DNA of 63,135 nucleotides, filler included, from Basidioascus undulatus (taxonomy: Eukaryota): assembly GCA_000826855.1 (NCBI GenBank). It is 4 parts of 4 records of this genome, joined end to end, with 100 filler letters (N's around TTAATTAATTAA, not from the genome) between each part and the next. Parts side by side here need not be neighbours in the genome. Positions count along the whole stretch, not along the records: positions 1 to 30,576 come from JTLS01000109.1; 3 more parts are not named here. The stretch is one strand, 5' to 3'. Below are positions 12,653 to 25,618 of this stretch, in pieces. Below the pieces are notes generated by a model, which searched no databases, was not told the origin of the DNA, and saw only the letters and a program-made list of their open reading frames with translations. The first letter of the stretch is position 1, and every line of letters begins with the position of its first letter. The translations under genes and the position numbers were made by a program.

Positions 12653-13593
12653 CTATCGCCGGCGTCCGGATGCTTGATCCCACCATTCCTGTTCCTTCGG
12701 GTTCGCAATCGGGGGATCGAAGAACTTGCAACGCGACTTGAACGCTGAATCCGTATCAGCAAGTTAGCCCCCGATATGACAGGTAGTGCGATGGCAATAC
12801 CAAACAGATACGTGCCTTGAATGGCCCGTTGCCGCACAATGTTCTCAACGAAGACTTCCTGATGGATCTGATTTTTCTGTAGACGCACCCACATCGACAA
12901 CGGTGTCAGCCAGCAGGGCCTTTGTAATGCACCTCCATCTCGAGCGTACCTGGACCTCGTCCGAATACAAGCTCTCCCGCAACCCGCTGCGGTCCGCGTC
13001 CAGACCCGCTTCCTGCCCCGCCAGCGCCTGCTGCTTGGACGACAGCGAGGCGTCGACGACGGAGATGCAGTAGTTGATGAGCTTTTCTCGGCCGGCGAAG
13101 TTGCCTGTTGAAAGACATGGCCATGAGCGCCGGTGGGCGATGAGTGGGTGATGGTGAATTGCTCGAATGAGATCGAAGCCCAGATGATGACGATGGAAGT
13201 CAAGCGACAAGATTCGGGAGCTTCAAGTTGGTCGAGTAACGAATATTCGGCGCCATGAGAGATAGGATGGACTCACGCATCAGTTCCCTCCACGTTGCTG
13301 CGCACACTCCCTGCGGGTCCACCTGGCCCCCGCCTCTCCGCGCCGTATCCCGCTCCAACGCAGCCTCCCGGTTCATCCGCATAGTGATCTGGTCATCAAG
13401 AGCCCGGTACTGTCTCAACGCGTCTGTGGCGTGCCGACTCAAAGTCAGTTCTCCCTTCGAGCGAGCTGCTTCTCCGGTGCAGCTGCGCACCCTTGAACAG
13501 CGAGAGGTTGAGGCAGATTGACGGGGAAAGGTCCGTCACAGACGGAGGCGTGAAGGGGGAACGGAGATAGGCGCTCCCAAGAGGTTCTGACAT
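12653..13593 (-). CDS. MIX23: Mix23/Cid2/CCDC58 mitochondrial intermembrane-space protein, multi-exon
   Basis: ICLNLSLFK|DALRQYRALDDQITMRMNR, CAATWRELM..REKLINYC, QIHQEVFVENIVRQRAIQAFKSRCKFFDPP. Confidence 0.9.
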
Positions 13594-13887
13594 GGGGGCT
13601 ATGAGGGGGATGATGTAGAGGCAAGAAGATGGTGGTGAAGAGAGAAGACGAACGCAGCTCATGAAGGCCGAAATCGCGAGATCGCGCGGGCGGCATCGGG
13701 CCGCGTCCGCGTTGGCCCGCACCTCGTATTGCTCACTAACGAGAACCTCGCAGCATTTCAGAAAGCCAACAAATGGTCCATTTACATATCACTAATCTCA
13801 GCTTGTAGACAACAAAATATGGAACTGTGAGACGAACCGGGAAATGCTTTACAATACGGAGAAATTGAATTTGAAAGCAAGATTGTG

Positions 13888-13965
13888 GCTTGGCTGGGGT
13901 AGTGGTAACCTGGGTCGTTGCCATTGGAACTCGACCCGCCCCGCGTTCGATTCGCGGGTCAAGCA
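13888..13965 (+). tRNA. tRNA-Gly(GCC) with a 7-nt intron at 37/38 (13924-13930)
   Basis: Acceptor stem GCTTGGC/GTCAAGC plus A, D-loop AGTGGTA, anticodon stem GGTCG/CGACC with loop TT-GCC-A[TTGGAAC]T, T-arm CCGCG-TTCGATT-CGCGG. A TTTT run follows at 13967-13970. Mature length is 71 nt. Confidence 0.93.
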
Positions 13966-14283
13966 GTTTTGTATTCCCCAATCCTTCCCCCCAAATTTTA
14001 TTTTGGTGCTTTCTCTCCATCCAGGGTCCCGATTCAAAGCCGATGGCCATGTACGAAGCCGATCATCGCTCACAACCAACAGCCAGTGTCGTGATGTTTT
14101 CCGGTACCCCTACCGTTGCCCACCCACCCCCTCTGATTTGACCGCAAAAAGACCAAGCAACAGCTAACTTGGGTAGCACGAAAAAATTATTGCTTCGGAG
14201 GTATATTGTTGCATGCTAATCCAGAGTACAAGAGGTAGTAGGGTAGGTGGAAAAGGTGATCTTGTCTGTATGGCAACGACTTT

Positions 14284-15434
14284 TCACCACTTGCCCTTCT
14301 TCTTCTCCGCAAACTTATCCGCTCCGAACCGATCCTTCTTGAAGTCGGCGAGAGCAGCTTTCTCCTTCTTTTTCTTACCGACCTTCTCATGAGCATGCTT
14401 CTTTGCCTCCTCCTTCGCGTGCGCGGATTTCTTCTTTTCCACGTCCGCCTTGACGTCCTCCTTCTTCCTGTCGAACTTGCCAGCCGCCTTTTTGCCCTCG
14501 TCCTTGAAAGCCTTCTCCTTCTTGGACTATAGAGAGTGTACAAGTGGTGAGCTAGAATTCGCCAGCTCGCAAGACTGGGGACGACGACACGGACCTTGTG
14601 GTGCTTCTTCTTCTCCTTCTCAAACCCCTTCTTGCCCTCGGCCTGTAGACTCGATTGTCGGTGGTCAGTGAGAACGTAGAGGAGATACGGTATAAATGGA
14701 TCACATGCCTCCTCATCTTCACCAAAGTTGAACTTGTTGCCGCCGAAGCCACCAAACCCGCCCCAGCCCTTGCCGAAACCGTCGTGGTCCTTCTTGCCCA
14801 ATGCCTCCTTGTCTTTCTGTGTATGGGCAACGCATAGAGTAGGTGTTAGTAAGCATACAGGCCACACATTGGCACTTTTTACTAACCTTCTTGAAGGCAT
14901 CGAAAGCCTTGACCTTCTCGTAGTCGTCGTCCTCGTCCTCCTTGTTGGCGTAGCCGCCCTTCTTATGCTCGTCCGCCTTGAAGTCCGCCTTCTTCGCGTC
15001 CTTCTTCTTGTCCACCTTCGCCTTTACATGCTCGTCCTTTCCAACGTCCTTATACTTCTCGTCCTTGGCCTCAGCCTCCTTTGCGTACTTGTCATCCAGC
15101 TCCTTGTCCTGGTGAAGGCGGAACCATGTAAGGATGCGCGTTTCACAGTTCACAAGCAGACGCAGCTGCTCACAGCTTTCTTGCCCTTGGCAGCCTCCGC
15201 CTTCTCGTCCTTGAATTCGCGCGCCTTCTCGGGCAGGAAGCCATACTTTCTGCCGTCGAAGCCGCGTCCACCAAAGCCTTCGCCGTCGAAACCGCCATCG
15301 AAGCTGCCATCGACACCGTCGAATTGGCGTCGAACAATCGAGCTTTTGGCCGCATTGTCCGTCGTGGGCAGGGCGCGCGCCAAAGAAGAGGCCGAGATAG
15401 TGAGGGCGGCGATGGTAAGAGAGAAGGTGCGCAT
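14284..15434 (-). CDS. Secreted, highly charged (K/E/D/A-rich) protein with Gly-Phe-Asp/Gly repeats, 5 exons
   Basis: Signal peptide MRTFSLTIAALTISASSLARALP, a Kex2-like RR site, then FDGVDGSFDGGFDGEGFGG and Lys/Glu/Asp-rich exons separated by short introns. It ends KFAEKKKGKW*. Confidence 0.85.
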
Positions 15435-16582
15435 TGTGGCTATCGGAGATACGAGGCTTTGGGAGTGAGGAACTGCTGTGAGATCGCTGCTGGAAGGCTG
15501 AGGATGTCAAAACTGCCTATGCGCTCCCACTCGTTATATACTCAGCTGATAAGACTTCCGCAACTGTGAAAGCAGGGCCATATTCCGGAGAAGGCTGCGC
15601 CGGGAAACCTCCCTAGTTCCGCATGCGGTGACTGCCTCGCAGCCGAGATGGGTATCGATCCCTGCGCATTACTAACTTGCAGCGGCGCAGGGCGCCTTGG
15701 GCTCTGTGGATTGGTGTTTTCCGGGCTTGGGAAGTTCTGGTTCTCCCTGACGACTGGGCAAGGGAAGGGAAGATCCGACCAGACGTCTACCGCAGACATT
15801 TGAGTTGGCTACATTCGGCAACGCCAGCTGCAGCAAAGTGCGATGTGTACGAACCACCTGTTGGTGACAGGGTGTGGAACTCCTTGTTACAACTCAATCT
15901 CGAAGGAAGAAGAAGTGCCCGTGTCCGAATTGGCTCAAGGAAGTAGATCGGTCGGTCAACATCAATGCGTATCTCCTACGAGAGGCAAAGCATACAGTGT
16001 TCGCACAGGCAAAAACGACACAAAGACATCGCTGCTGCCAAGTACACCGGCTCAACCGCTGTGAATAAAATCCTTCTCAACACTGTTTGCACAGAGAGTA
16101 TCTGTTTTCAACAGTATTACGATCCACTCGAAGCCCTCCAATGCTCTGCTATCGCGTCATTATGGCGGCTCCCCATTTGTTTCAACGCGTGAATCGTGAT
16201 GCGCAGTGATCCTTAGAAGGAGCCAGGTAAACCACTTCAGATAAATATCTCCTGTTTACCTTCCTCCCATTGTCATGCCGTGCCGGCCTGTAATCCCGTT
16301 CACAGCTAGGTCCAACGCATGCAGGGTAAGCCGTCTTTCACAGTCTGGACCTCAACCGACTGTGTATTCCTTTAAGACCCACCGAAGATACAGGTTAGAA
16401 GTTTGTTTTACTCCAGCTCAGGAGAGTTGATTGTTGACGAGGGTCATTCCGGGAGTGCTGAAGACGCGCGACGCTGTGCGTGCAGTCCATACAAAAGAAG
16501 AATGCAAAGGAAACCGTTTCTAAAAATGCATTTCCTCTCCATACCCCCTCCAGCCATATGTCCAAGCACTTTCCTGCCCCGC

Positions 16583-19322
16583 CTATATCTTCATCGCGTT
16601 CCACGCCTCGTTGAGCGTCCCGAACACGCCATTCGCGATCATGCGCTGCTCGAGCGTCGTGTTCTTGGCCGTCAACTGCAGCATTATCCCCAAAGCATAA
16701 GCGACCCGCAATGCTAGGACTCAATAAGAGGGAGCGGAAACCGACGCACCTTGTCAGGGTGGACCTTCCCGATTGCGCGCATGTACGCCTTCTTCACGCC
16801 GTTCTCCGTAACGAGCTCGTGCATGCCGAAGCTCTTCCACGCGAGCTCCGGCCATAAGACGAGGTCCAAGCTGCTCAGGAGCGCGCGGACGTTCGTCTCC
16901 TTCCCGGCCTTCCACGCTACCAAGCGCGCGTCCACCCCGTCCTTGAGCGCGATCCGCGCCGCGTCCTCCTCCGCCTCGGCGTTGGCCGCCGCGCGGGCGC
17001 GCGTGGCAGCGACGTTGGATGTGGAAGTGCTGAAAGCGGTCGGCCGTGGTTTGGATTTGGGCTTGGAGGAGGGCGGAGGAGGGGGGTTGAGCGCGAGCCG
17101 GCACCGCCGCGCACCGTCGAACGCCTGCGTGCGGAGCCCGGAGGAGACGTACGACAGCCCTGCGAGCCGCTCCCAGTCCGCCTTCGCCTCCGCCCACCGC
17201 TCGAGCATCTCGCCCGCCTGCGCGCGCGCGCGCAGGGCCTTCCCATGGCCCTCTCCTACATCGACGCCTTCGCTCGCGCGCACGTCGTCGCCCACGAGCT
17301 CGATCGCGCTCGACGCGTCCGCGAGGGCCGCGGAGGCATCGCCCATCTTGAGGTGCGTTGTCGCGCGGTTGGTGAGCAGCGGGAGGGTAAGGATGTGCCC
17401 GGAGGGGAGGTAGGACAGCGCGGAGGTGTAGGATGTTGAGGCGGCGGGGTAGGACCCGAGCTTGAAGGACGCGTTGCCCGCTTCTTTATGCGTTGCGCAG
17501 GAGGCGAGGGAGGAAGCGGACGCGGACGGGTTGGTGCGCGGAGGTGCCGGCGGGGGCACGGGCGAGGGGGAAGGCGAGGCGGAGGTAGGTGTGCGGGCGG
17601 GTACGCGATGTCGGTTGGAAGAGACGTAAGGCTTGCGGGGATCGGCGGCGGGCGGGGGCGAGGCAGCGGCCTTGGGCGGAGCGGCGCGAGGCTTGACTGG
17701 CTCGCCCGAAAGCAAGTCTCCCTCCTCGACCTCCACCTGCTTCTGCCGCTGCTGGGCAGGCCTAACCCGCACCGGTTCCTCCGGCCTCTCCTCCTGCCCA
17801 CCCTGAACATCATCATTGTCCCTGAACCCGCTCTGCGCGCCCTCCTCCCAGCGACGCCTCCGCTCCTCCAGCTCCCTTCGCTCGCGCTCTGCAGCCTCGG
17901 CATCGCGCGCCCGCGCGCGCTGCTCCTCGAGCGCCTTCTGCGCCAGGGCCCGCCCTGCCGCAAAGTACCCGGACGCCTTGGAGAACATGGACGCCGAGAG
18001 CGCGGACGCCTGCGCCATAAGGTCGTCGGCGACGTTCTGCGCCGAGTCGGAAGACTCGGCGAGCGCGGGATGGTCCTGTTCCGGCTGCTGAGGCGGTCGA
18101 CGACCTCGCCGCGCGGCGTGCCGCTCCGCACGCTCGCGCTCCGGGCGCGCTGCGGCGTCTACGGGGGGAGGCGAAGGCGGGCGCGACGAATCGGGCACTT
18201 GAGATGCAATGAGCATCTCTGCGGCTGCAGCGACGTCGGTGCCTGAGTCGGTCGCTAGCAGGGCTTCGCGCGCTATGATAGGTGAGAAGCCCATCTCGAC
18301 TAGCTGGCCGATGATGTGCGGAGGAGGAGAGGAGGTGCGGGTAGGTGCGGATGGGGCTGGCGAGCGGGGGGGACGAGGAGCTGGGGACTATGCGGGTGCC
18401 ACGTGTGAGCGCGCGGATGAAGATGAAGATCATCGACAGTGCAGAAAGTGCAACGCACCCGAGAGGGAGCAGGCGCTGGTGTAGGCGCAGGCGCAGGTCT
18501 CTCTTCGACGGGTCGCCCGAGTGCGCCGAGGATGTCATCCGTGTCGTCTGCGCCGCTGAGGCTCGAGGATGGGCCCGACCGTCCGCTTGTTTCCCCGAAA
18601 TCCAAGCTCCCGGGAGTGCTCGATCGGGCCGGCACGGAAGGAGCGACATCGCCAAGGAGATCGAAGGGGTCGTTCGCAGCCGGTGCGGGCGCGGCGGGCT
18701 CCGAAGAGAGGAGGTCAAAGTCCCATGGGTCGGGTGCAGCGGCTGGCGCGGACGAGGAGATGGAAGGAGTGCGCGTTACGGGGGTTAGGGGAGAGGAAGT
18801 GCGAATAGATGGAGTAGAGCTTGTTGTGGGCCGGAGGATTTTGATGCTTGGGCTGGAAGCCCTGCTCGCCTGCGACTGTGCCGTACTACCACCCGTCCCC
18901 TGCGGCTTAACCGGTCCCCCAGCACCGCCAGTCCAAGCGTCCATCCCGACCCACCAGCGCTGGGCCTCGCTTCGCTGAGCAGCCGCGCGGCTGGCAGCCT
19001 CTTCGTGGAGCTTGGCCTGGCGCTCGGCCATGCTCAGCCCAGCGTCCTTGGAGCCTGAGCCGAAGGAGAGAAGCGAAGAGAAGGCATCACTGCTGGAGGA
19101 CGATGCTGCTGCGGCGGTAGGAGAGGGCTTGTTGGCTTGGGGAGGAGCGCGGTGGGGTATTGATGGCGAGGGTGTGCGGGAAGAGTACGAGGACGAGGAA
19201 GGCGTGAGGATATCGAACGCGGATTGGGGCGCGTAGCGGTTTGGCTTGGACGCCTGATTTTGCTGCTGGTTCTGCGAGAATGGTGGCGAAGAGGACCACG
19301 ACAGAGACGAGAGATCGTCCAT
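16583..19322 (-). CDS. SWA2: Auxilin-like UBA/TPR/DnaJ-domain clathrin-uncoating factor (Swa2/Ucp7)
   Basis: N-terminus MDDLSSLSW and DPWDF/DPFDLL motifs, then UBA (MGFSPIIAREALLATDSGTDVAAAAEML) and TPR (HKEAGNASFKLGSYPAA). The J-domain region reads WKAGKETNVRALLSSL...VKKAYMRAIGKVHPDK|...FGTLNEAWNA. Confidence 0.93.
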
Positions 19323-19834
19323 TCTTCTACAAAATATAAGCAGTCGTGCGCGTGGGTGATGGTCAAGGGGGCAGGTACAACAGCGAGCACGCTGGCGCGA
19401 CCGACGTTCCAAGGACCACGTCAATAGTATTGCGTGAGCCACAACCGCATCATGCAGCGTCGAACAACGAACATCCAGCAACCGTCTGGAAGAAAGGCGG
19501 GTTCTTCTATTTGTCAAGTTTCTCTCGACTAGTAGCGGTGCAGAAAGCAGGGCTTATCCTGCCGAGGATCGCCGCTCGGCAAGGACGCCACTGGGGAAAC
19601 GCGCTGCAGCGAAGAGGTAGGCCATGCCTTGCCACGCCGGAAGTATGGAAGAGTGCGAATAGGTACTAATGAAAACTTCAGACGGCTGCTTGAAGGACCA
19701 GGAACGCATCGACGTGTACTCAACGGGAGGCGCTGTGACAACTTTACATTCATCATGTGCGCCCAACAAGAATTCAAACTCTGAACTGTATCTCCACCCC
19801 CTCACGATCGAAAATGCAAGACCCCTCTCCCCCA

Positions 19835-21030
19835 TTACCATCGAAAGGTGTAGTGCGTCAAAGAACTGCTCTGGTATCTGCCCAGATCAAGAGGAGCTGA
19901 CAGTTTTTCGTGGCTCACAGCCAGGAGCTCGAATGTAACGAAGCGGACGATCTTTAGCCGCGGGAGCTCATTCCTAGACAGTGCCTTGAAAAAGGCAATG
20001 TAATCGAGAAGGAAGCTCCCGTGGCCGCCCCGGAGCAAGATAGTAGTGGAAAGGTTCGGATGACGGAGCGCGGCGCCCTGTACCTCGTTAAAGTGCAGTG
20101 GGGTGTACGTCTCGAGCGAAGGGCTAATAGAGCCGAGATTGTAGAGCGGGTTGCAAGCACTTATGTTGAGGATCAGGCGCCTCAAATGGGTTCCGATAGC
20201 ACCCAGAGTCAGGGTTGCGGAGAGCGTTGACTGGCATATCGTTGAAACTCGAAACGAGCTCAAGGTCCCTTAGCCGGGGAAGCGGCGAACGACCAAGCGT
20301 GTTAAATATCAGCCGTTCCGGGCCATTCTCTAGTGCCCATTCCGTCTCGTTGATAGTAAGAGCTTCGAGACGGGGCAAGTCAAACGCGAAATGTGTATCG
20401 TCTGAGGTGACCTCAGACTCGTCAGTGAAAATCACGATGTCAAGTCGCTCCAGGGTCGACAGCCGCGAAAGGTGTCGAGCGACGGAGAGGAAGGGAGCGT
20501 CGAAGGAGAGAGCAGCGCCCGAAGCTGTTCGACAGAGGACTGAGCGTGAGTCCTGCGATGAAGGCGGTGACCATAACGTTGTATGAGGTGGTGTCGCAGC
20601 CGTCGTTGATGCGATGGAGGCCGGTCAGGAAGTTGTAGAGAGCGAGGTGCTGGAACTCAAGAGGGCCGTCCCGGACGAATCGGGTTCGGCCGACGGTGGT
20701 GAGCACCTCACAGAGTGTCCGTCCTCCAATGCGACAGGAGCGACGACTGAGCGCCAGGATGAGCTGGGGGAGCTGAGTGGCGAGATCGCGCAAGCGACAG
20801 AAGAGCAAAGGGTCCGCCAGAGCCTGAAAGGACATCGTTAGACCGATCATCGCTTATATTGAGCGTAAGGATCATGCGCACGTGCCAGCGGCGACAGTCC
20901 AACAAGATGGGAAGCGCCGGGTGCGCGTCGTGGTCGCCCGAGCCGTACGTCCACTCGTCCACTCGGTGTCGACAATCGCAAAGCGGAGGATGCGAGAAAC
21001 GAACTCATTCGGAAGGTCGTTCACCGTGTG
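19835..21030 (-). pseudogene. F-box/LRR-like protein, frameshifted
   Basis: F-box DLPNEFVSRILRFAI...LLDCRRWH|ALADPLLF is broken by an 8-bp tandem duplication at 20948-20963. LRR-like segments (LSTLERLDI, LPRLEALTI, LPRLRDLEL, LRRLIL) are spread over different frames, and there is no in-frame ATG. Confidence 0.7.
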
Positions 21031-22419
21031 AGCGTTCAGTTATCAAATGATGTGGTAAGCGGTCGAGGCTCTTCGTGTGTTTGTCTGGAGAAGGTGAAGA
21101 TGATGATGGTTCGTGGGCAAGGTGGAGCTCGTCGCAGCCCCTGCGCACGTACGCCTAAGCATCCGATCGTGCTTCGGTACTGTGCGCCTCGTCAGAAGCG
21201 GTTCTGAAGCTTATACTTTTTACTTAATCAGTGGAGACTTATTATCGCATACAGAGAGCATAGTAACTGGAATGCCGGAGTCTGCTAGGGAGGGCGAATT
21301 GTTGGTCAGCGAACGCGTCCTTGCGTGGTGCATGCCTGCAGTGCATTTGGAATTGGATTGGTAGGGAGAGACGATGATCGTACTGGCGCGTTTCTGGATG
21401 GAACCCCTCAATTCGGATTTGCGATCTCAGAACATGCCCCCCGAAAGCTGTGCCAGCATCTTTTCTCCAGCGAGACACAAACTGATGTGGCCACCGAAGA
21501 TAGCTCATCGTTCAATTCCTCCAAAGGGGACATGGACTATCCTAACTATACCCCAGCAGTACAGCTCTCATTCCAAAGCACAGGCTCAAAACCTCGGATG
21601 GTGAACGCCGGGGGGATGATCCTGTTTCGTCTATCAACCCAAAATCTTCTTTGTCTTACAAGGAGAAACTATCAGAGGAGAGCATGAGTTGATTCTATCA
21701 GGGCACGAGATTATTCGTGGATGAGAGCAAGAGTCATTGCATCATTGCACTTGATCGGATGCACGTCGACGCATTCGACACCGGCAAAGGTCGCTGCGAA
21801 GGACCTTGTCCGATCCAACCGATCCTGCCGCAATGAGAAGCCAGCGCTTCATATTCAGTACTTATTTTTTAAAATGGAAGGATAAGGTAAAAGGTTCCCA
21901 ATTACTCCGTCTGAAAGCTCACTGCGGTTGTGCGTGCACCGACACGAAGGGTAGCTTGTGGTCAGCACCACCACCAAAAGAACAGAACCTCCCTAGCTCG
22001 ATGTGACTATCAGTGAGTCCAGGAACCTCCAAACCCTTGAAAAAAACACAACCACTGGGCCTCGACCAACCGAGGCGTACTTGAAAGTGGGGTTGAGAAT
22101 GAATATCGGTCCGAGCCACTCGATGAGGACGCAACGACCCTCCGAAGTGAATGATCGTGGTCCTGAGAATGAAGTAAATCTTTAATCAGGCTGCCCCTTT
22201 TCTTTTGAAGTGGGCAGAAGAAGGAGGTGAGGAACGCAGCACGTTGGTAGGCTAGTGCACCGTGCAAGCAGACGCATGACGACTGAGAAACCAAGTCTCC
22301 TTCGAATGCGACGTGCAGTGCGTAGTTACTTATTCAGAGCAGAAGTTGCGAAGAACTGTTGTGTTTCACGGCCTTCCCGGCTTCGGACTTGTTATCCTCT
22401 AGCGTGAACCCGCACTGCG

Positions 22420-25400
22420 TCAAAGGGAATGGATGTCCTCCTCAAACGCCCCCTTTCGGATCGACAAACGGTACCGGGTCGTTCCCGCCGATGAAGGACT
22501 CCCACTACTGGTGAAGATCCGGGATGATGGTCGACCTGGCCAAGCGATAGCGGCGCGCTCAGCATGACAACGTGAGAGTCCAAGACAGCGCAACCCCATA
22601 TGCCCACGTACCAGTACTGCTCGTCGCCCAAGTTGAGCCACGGCCCGGCTAGACCAGGATCACCCTGCCCAGCTGGAAGCACCGGTTGCGGGAACGCCGT
22701 TGCAGCCGCCGCCGCGACTGTTCCGGCGTACTCCCCCGTGGGGGGCTGATTCCGTGCGGGGTGCAAGACTGGACAGATCAGCCACATGCGAAATAGATAG
22801 GAATACACCACGTGGGACGCACCTGGCCGAACGCGCCATCAAACGGTGCTTGCGTCGGGTGCGGCGGGCCGCGGCCGGTCGAGGGCGAGTCGGCGCGCGA
22901 GCGACGGGAGATCGTGCGCTGCAGGCGCTGGAAGAAGCGGAGATAGTACGCGGGCATGTCACGCTGTGACGAGCTCGCCCGGCTGCAGACTTGCACAACC
23001 TCGTCGAACAGCTGAACCAAGCGCGCCTGACCGGGATCGCTCATCTCATTGTAATACTGCAAGAGGGTGAAGATTCATGTCAATATGCAAAAGATTGGAG
23101 GACGTATGCAAACAACAGACCTTCACAAGCCAGCCGCCAGCGGAAGCAGCGCTGAGTGCGACGATATCTTGACCATAGATGAGGGCGTTCGAAGGCGCCA
23201 GATCCCCAATCACGCTGTAAAGCGCAAGTAGATTAGCAAGCGTGCTGGCAGCGCTCAGTAGTGCACTCTACGCTACCTTTGCAGAATGTCGAAACAACAC
23301 TGCACGCAGGCCTGAAACGCCAGCTGAACGTCCATGGTCCCGCGCTCGGCATAAGCGGAAGCCGATTGCAAGGGCAAAGAGGCTTGCCCGGACTGGTCAG
23401 ACACCGAAGAGGATGCGAGGAGGAGCTGCAGCTCTGCGATCGACAGCTTCCTGCGCAGGCAGTAGAATCGCTGAAGCGATGCAGAAGTCGGATGGAACTT
23501 GCTGAATGCTGAAAAAACCGAACTCAGCGCACGTCGAATATTTCTAAGCAGAAGTACCGGTGCAAACGACTTACATGCCGGAGTTCCACCTACGCTCCCA
23601 GTGCAGCAGCAGGTCTGCGGCGTACTGTACGAGCGGTCTGTACGTTATGGCATCGAGTCCGTGCGAGACCTTCTGCTGCAGAATGTCGCATAAATCGACG
23701 AGCTTTAATCCGTCCAGTGACGCGACGAGCATCGTGTCCGCGTCTGCAATCAAGTGTAAGCCGGAGACCAACAGCGCATTGCGTTCCGGGCTTACAGCAA
23801 GGGAACTGCGAACAAGACGGTAAGGTCGGGATCGAAGCTGATGTATACAACCGTTTTCGTGCAGCGTACCTCTGGATGATCAGAAAACCAGATCATGAAG
23901 TCTGGAATGTGCTCCGCCGGTATCATACGCGGAAGTTTACGTTGCATGCTTGAGGGGAATGAGTTCAAGTAGTTCCTGTTCAATCATGAGGAAGTGAATG
24001 GAGCATACGACGTGACATCATCAAAGCAGACGAGCTCTGTAAGGTAACGTTAGCGAGGCTTTCTTCGACGAGCAATGAGCGAAGCGGATTCTCACGCAGC
24101 CAAGTTCGTTCTCTGTTCTGTGCGTAGAATGAGATGGGCACGAAGTGGTACAGCTGAGCGCGGGTGATACGCTTACCAAGATGGAGCGCGCCTGCACTTC
24201 GTCGCTCGGCAGCGGTCGCGGCCCCGGCTTATGCAAGCCCAGCTCATACGCAACGCGGATTGCGAGCCTGCAAGAACAGTCCAACAAGCTCGGCTCAACA
24301 CATAGATGTCTGCGCTTACCCGACTTTGCGCCACGCATGCGTATCCTCGGGCTCTTTCCAGAACGTGAGGACCGCAAGGCTCTGGATGAATCGACACTGG
24401 CAGTGTTGTCGAAAAGAGCTCTACCGAGAAGGCGCTGGGAGATGTCGAGGCAGGTTGGATATATGTGGGGTCTTTGAAAGCGAGAAACTGCGGTAATGAC
24501 GGCCGAAAATAGCAGGGGGGACAGGAAGCGCGTGCGCGTAGCGGTGTGGTAAGCCGGATCGAGGAGTGCGATACAAGGGTTTAGCAGTGTGTGGTAGCTG
24601 TGGCGGGGCACTCAGCTACAAGGAAAGGCCGGTGATAAAGAACAACGGGAAACTCACTCGTTGAACAATACGTCGACCTCTTCCGCAGAGACGAGACCGA
24701 GGCTGATCGGATCAGGCAAGCTCGATCGTCCAGCGCCGGCGTCGAGCTCGGGCGAATGGGCACGAGAAGGCGCCATGAGTCCGGCGAGCGAGTAAGAAGC
24801 GCTTTGCGCATCAGAGTCGCCCTTGCTGTCCATGACTGTTGATAGCCAGAAGCGCCGGTTGGGATGCCCTGCGCTTGTAGCTGAAGACACGTTCGTCAGT
24901 GCACAATTGTAGTGCGTACATGAGGCGTCTCCGGGACAAGCCTGTGAGCCTGCTGGTTGAGACAGCGAGGATGAAGGCGTCTCCATCGAAGGTAACGCGA
25001 CGGGCGGACGTTCCGCCTCTTCGGGAGGACTCGGTGCTCGCCGTGACGGCGGAGGGCAAGCCGCTGGCTCCAGCGCTTCTGCTGTCGCCTTACTTGAAAC
25101 TCGAGCAGCTCGCACGCGGGATGATGATGATACGGAGGAGGACGGCGACGGGTCCACGCTGGTTCGAGAAGTAGAGGGAGAATCGGTTGATTGTCTTTTC
25201 AAGGGCGAAGAGGTCAATCACTTTCGCTCGACAGGCTTTCACTCGGAACACTCACCGATTCTTCGGTTTACGGCCTCTTTTGTGCGATTTATATTCGCAG
25301 GCTAGTCCGAGTCGAGCACAGCGCGCGCACGGCTCATCCTCGCCATCCTTGTTGACGCAGCGGACCTGTCCGAAAGGAAGATATTGAGTTTCCAAAACGA

Positions 25401-25618
25401 AATATCGGAACGGGTTGGCCGCTCGCCTTGATCGCCCGACATCGCAAACAACTGTAGAGCAAGGATGAGTTCGCGGTCAATAACCGGCATAAAATAAAAT
25501 GCGCTCACGCTCGGGTCGTGCTTCGTTGTGGTCGCACATCTTCCCCGTCCTTCCGAGGGCGCTTCCCAACACCGCCAGGGGGGGGGCTTTGGAGCCCTGC
25601 GGGTGCGCTACATGGCAT
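22420..25618 (-). CDS. Zn(II)2Cys6 fungal transcription factor with middle homology domain; one apparent 1-nt frameshift
   Basis: Spliced zinc cluster RACLRCRAIK|VRC..PCARCARLGLACEYKSHKRGRKPK. Middle-domain motifs are PDPISLGLVS, LSPLLFSAVITA and IQSLAVLTFWKEPEDTHAWRKVG|LAIRVAYELGLH. The frame breaks at 24389-24390, and the 3' end is approximate. Confidence 0.88.

Noticed and set aside
16751..18978. Long antisense and alternative-frame ORFs over SWA2 (similarly over OST1, TIM21 and the CBM48 gene)
   Set aside because: These are shadow ORFs expected in GC-rich coding sequence.
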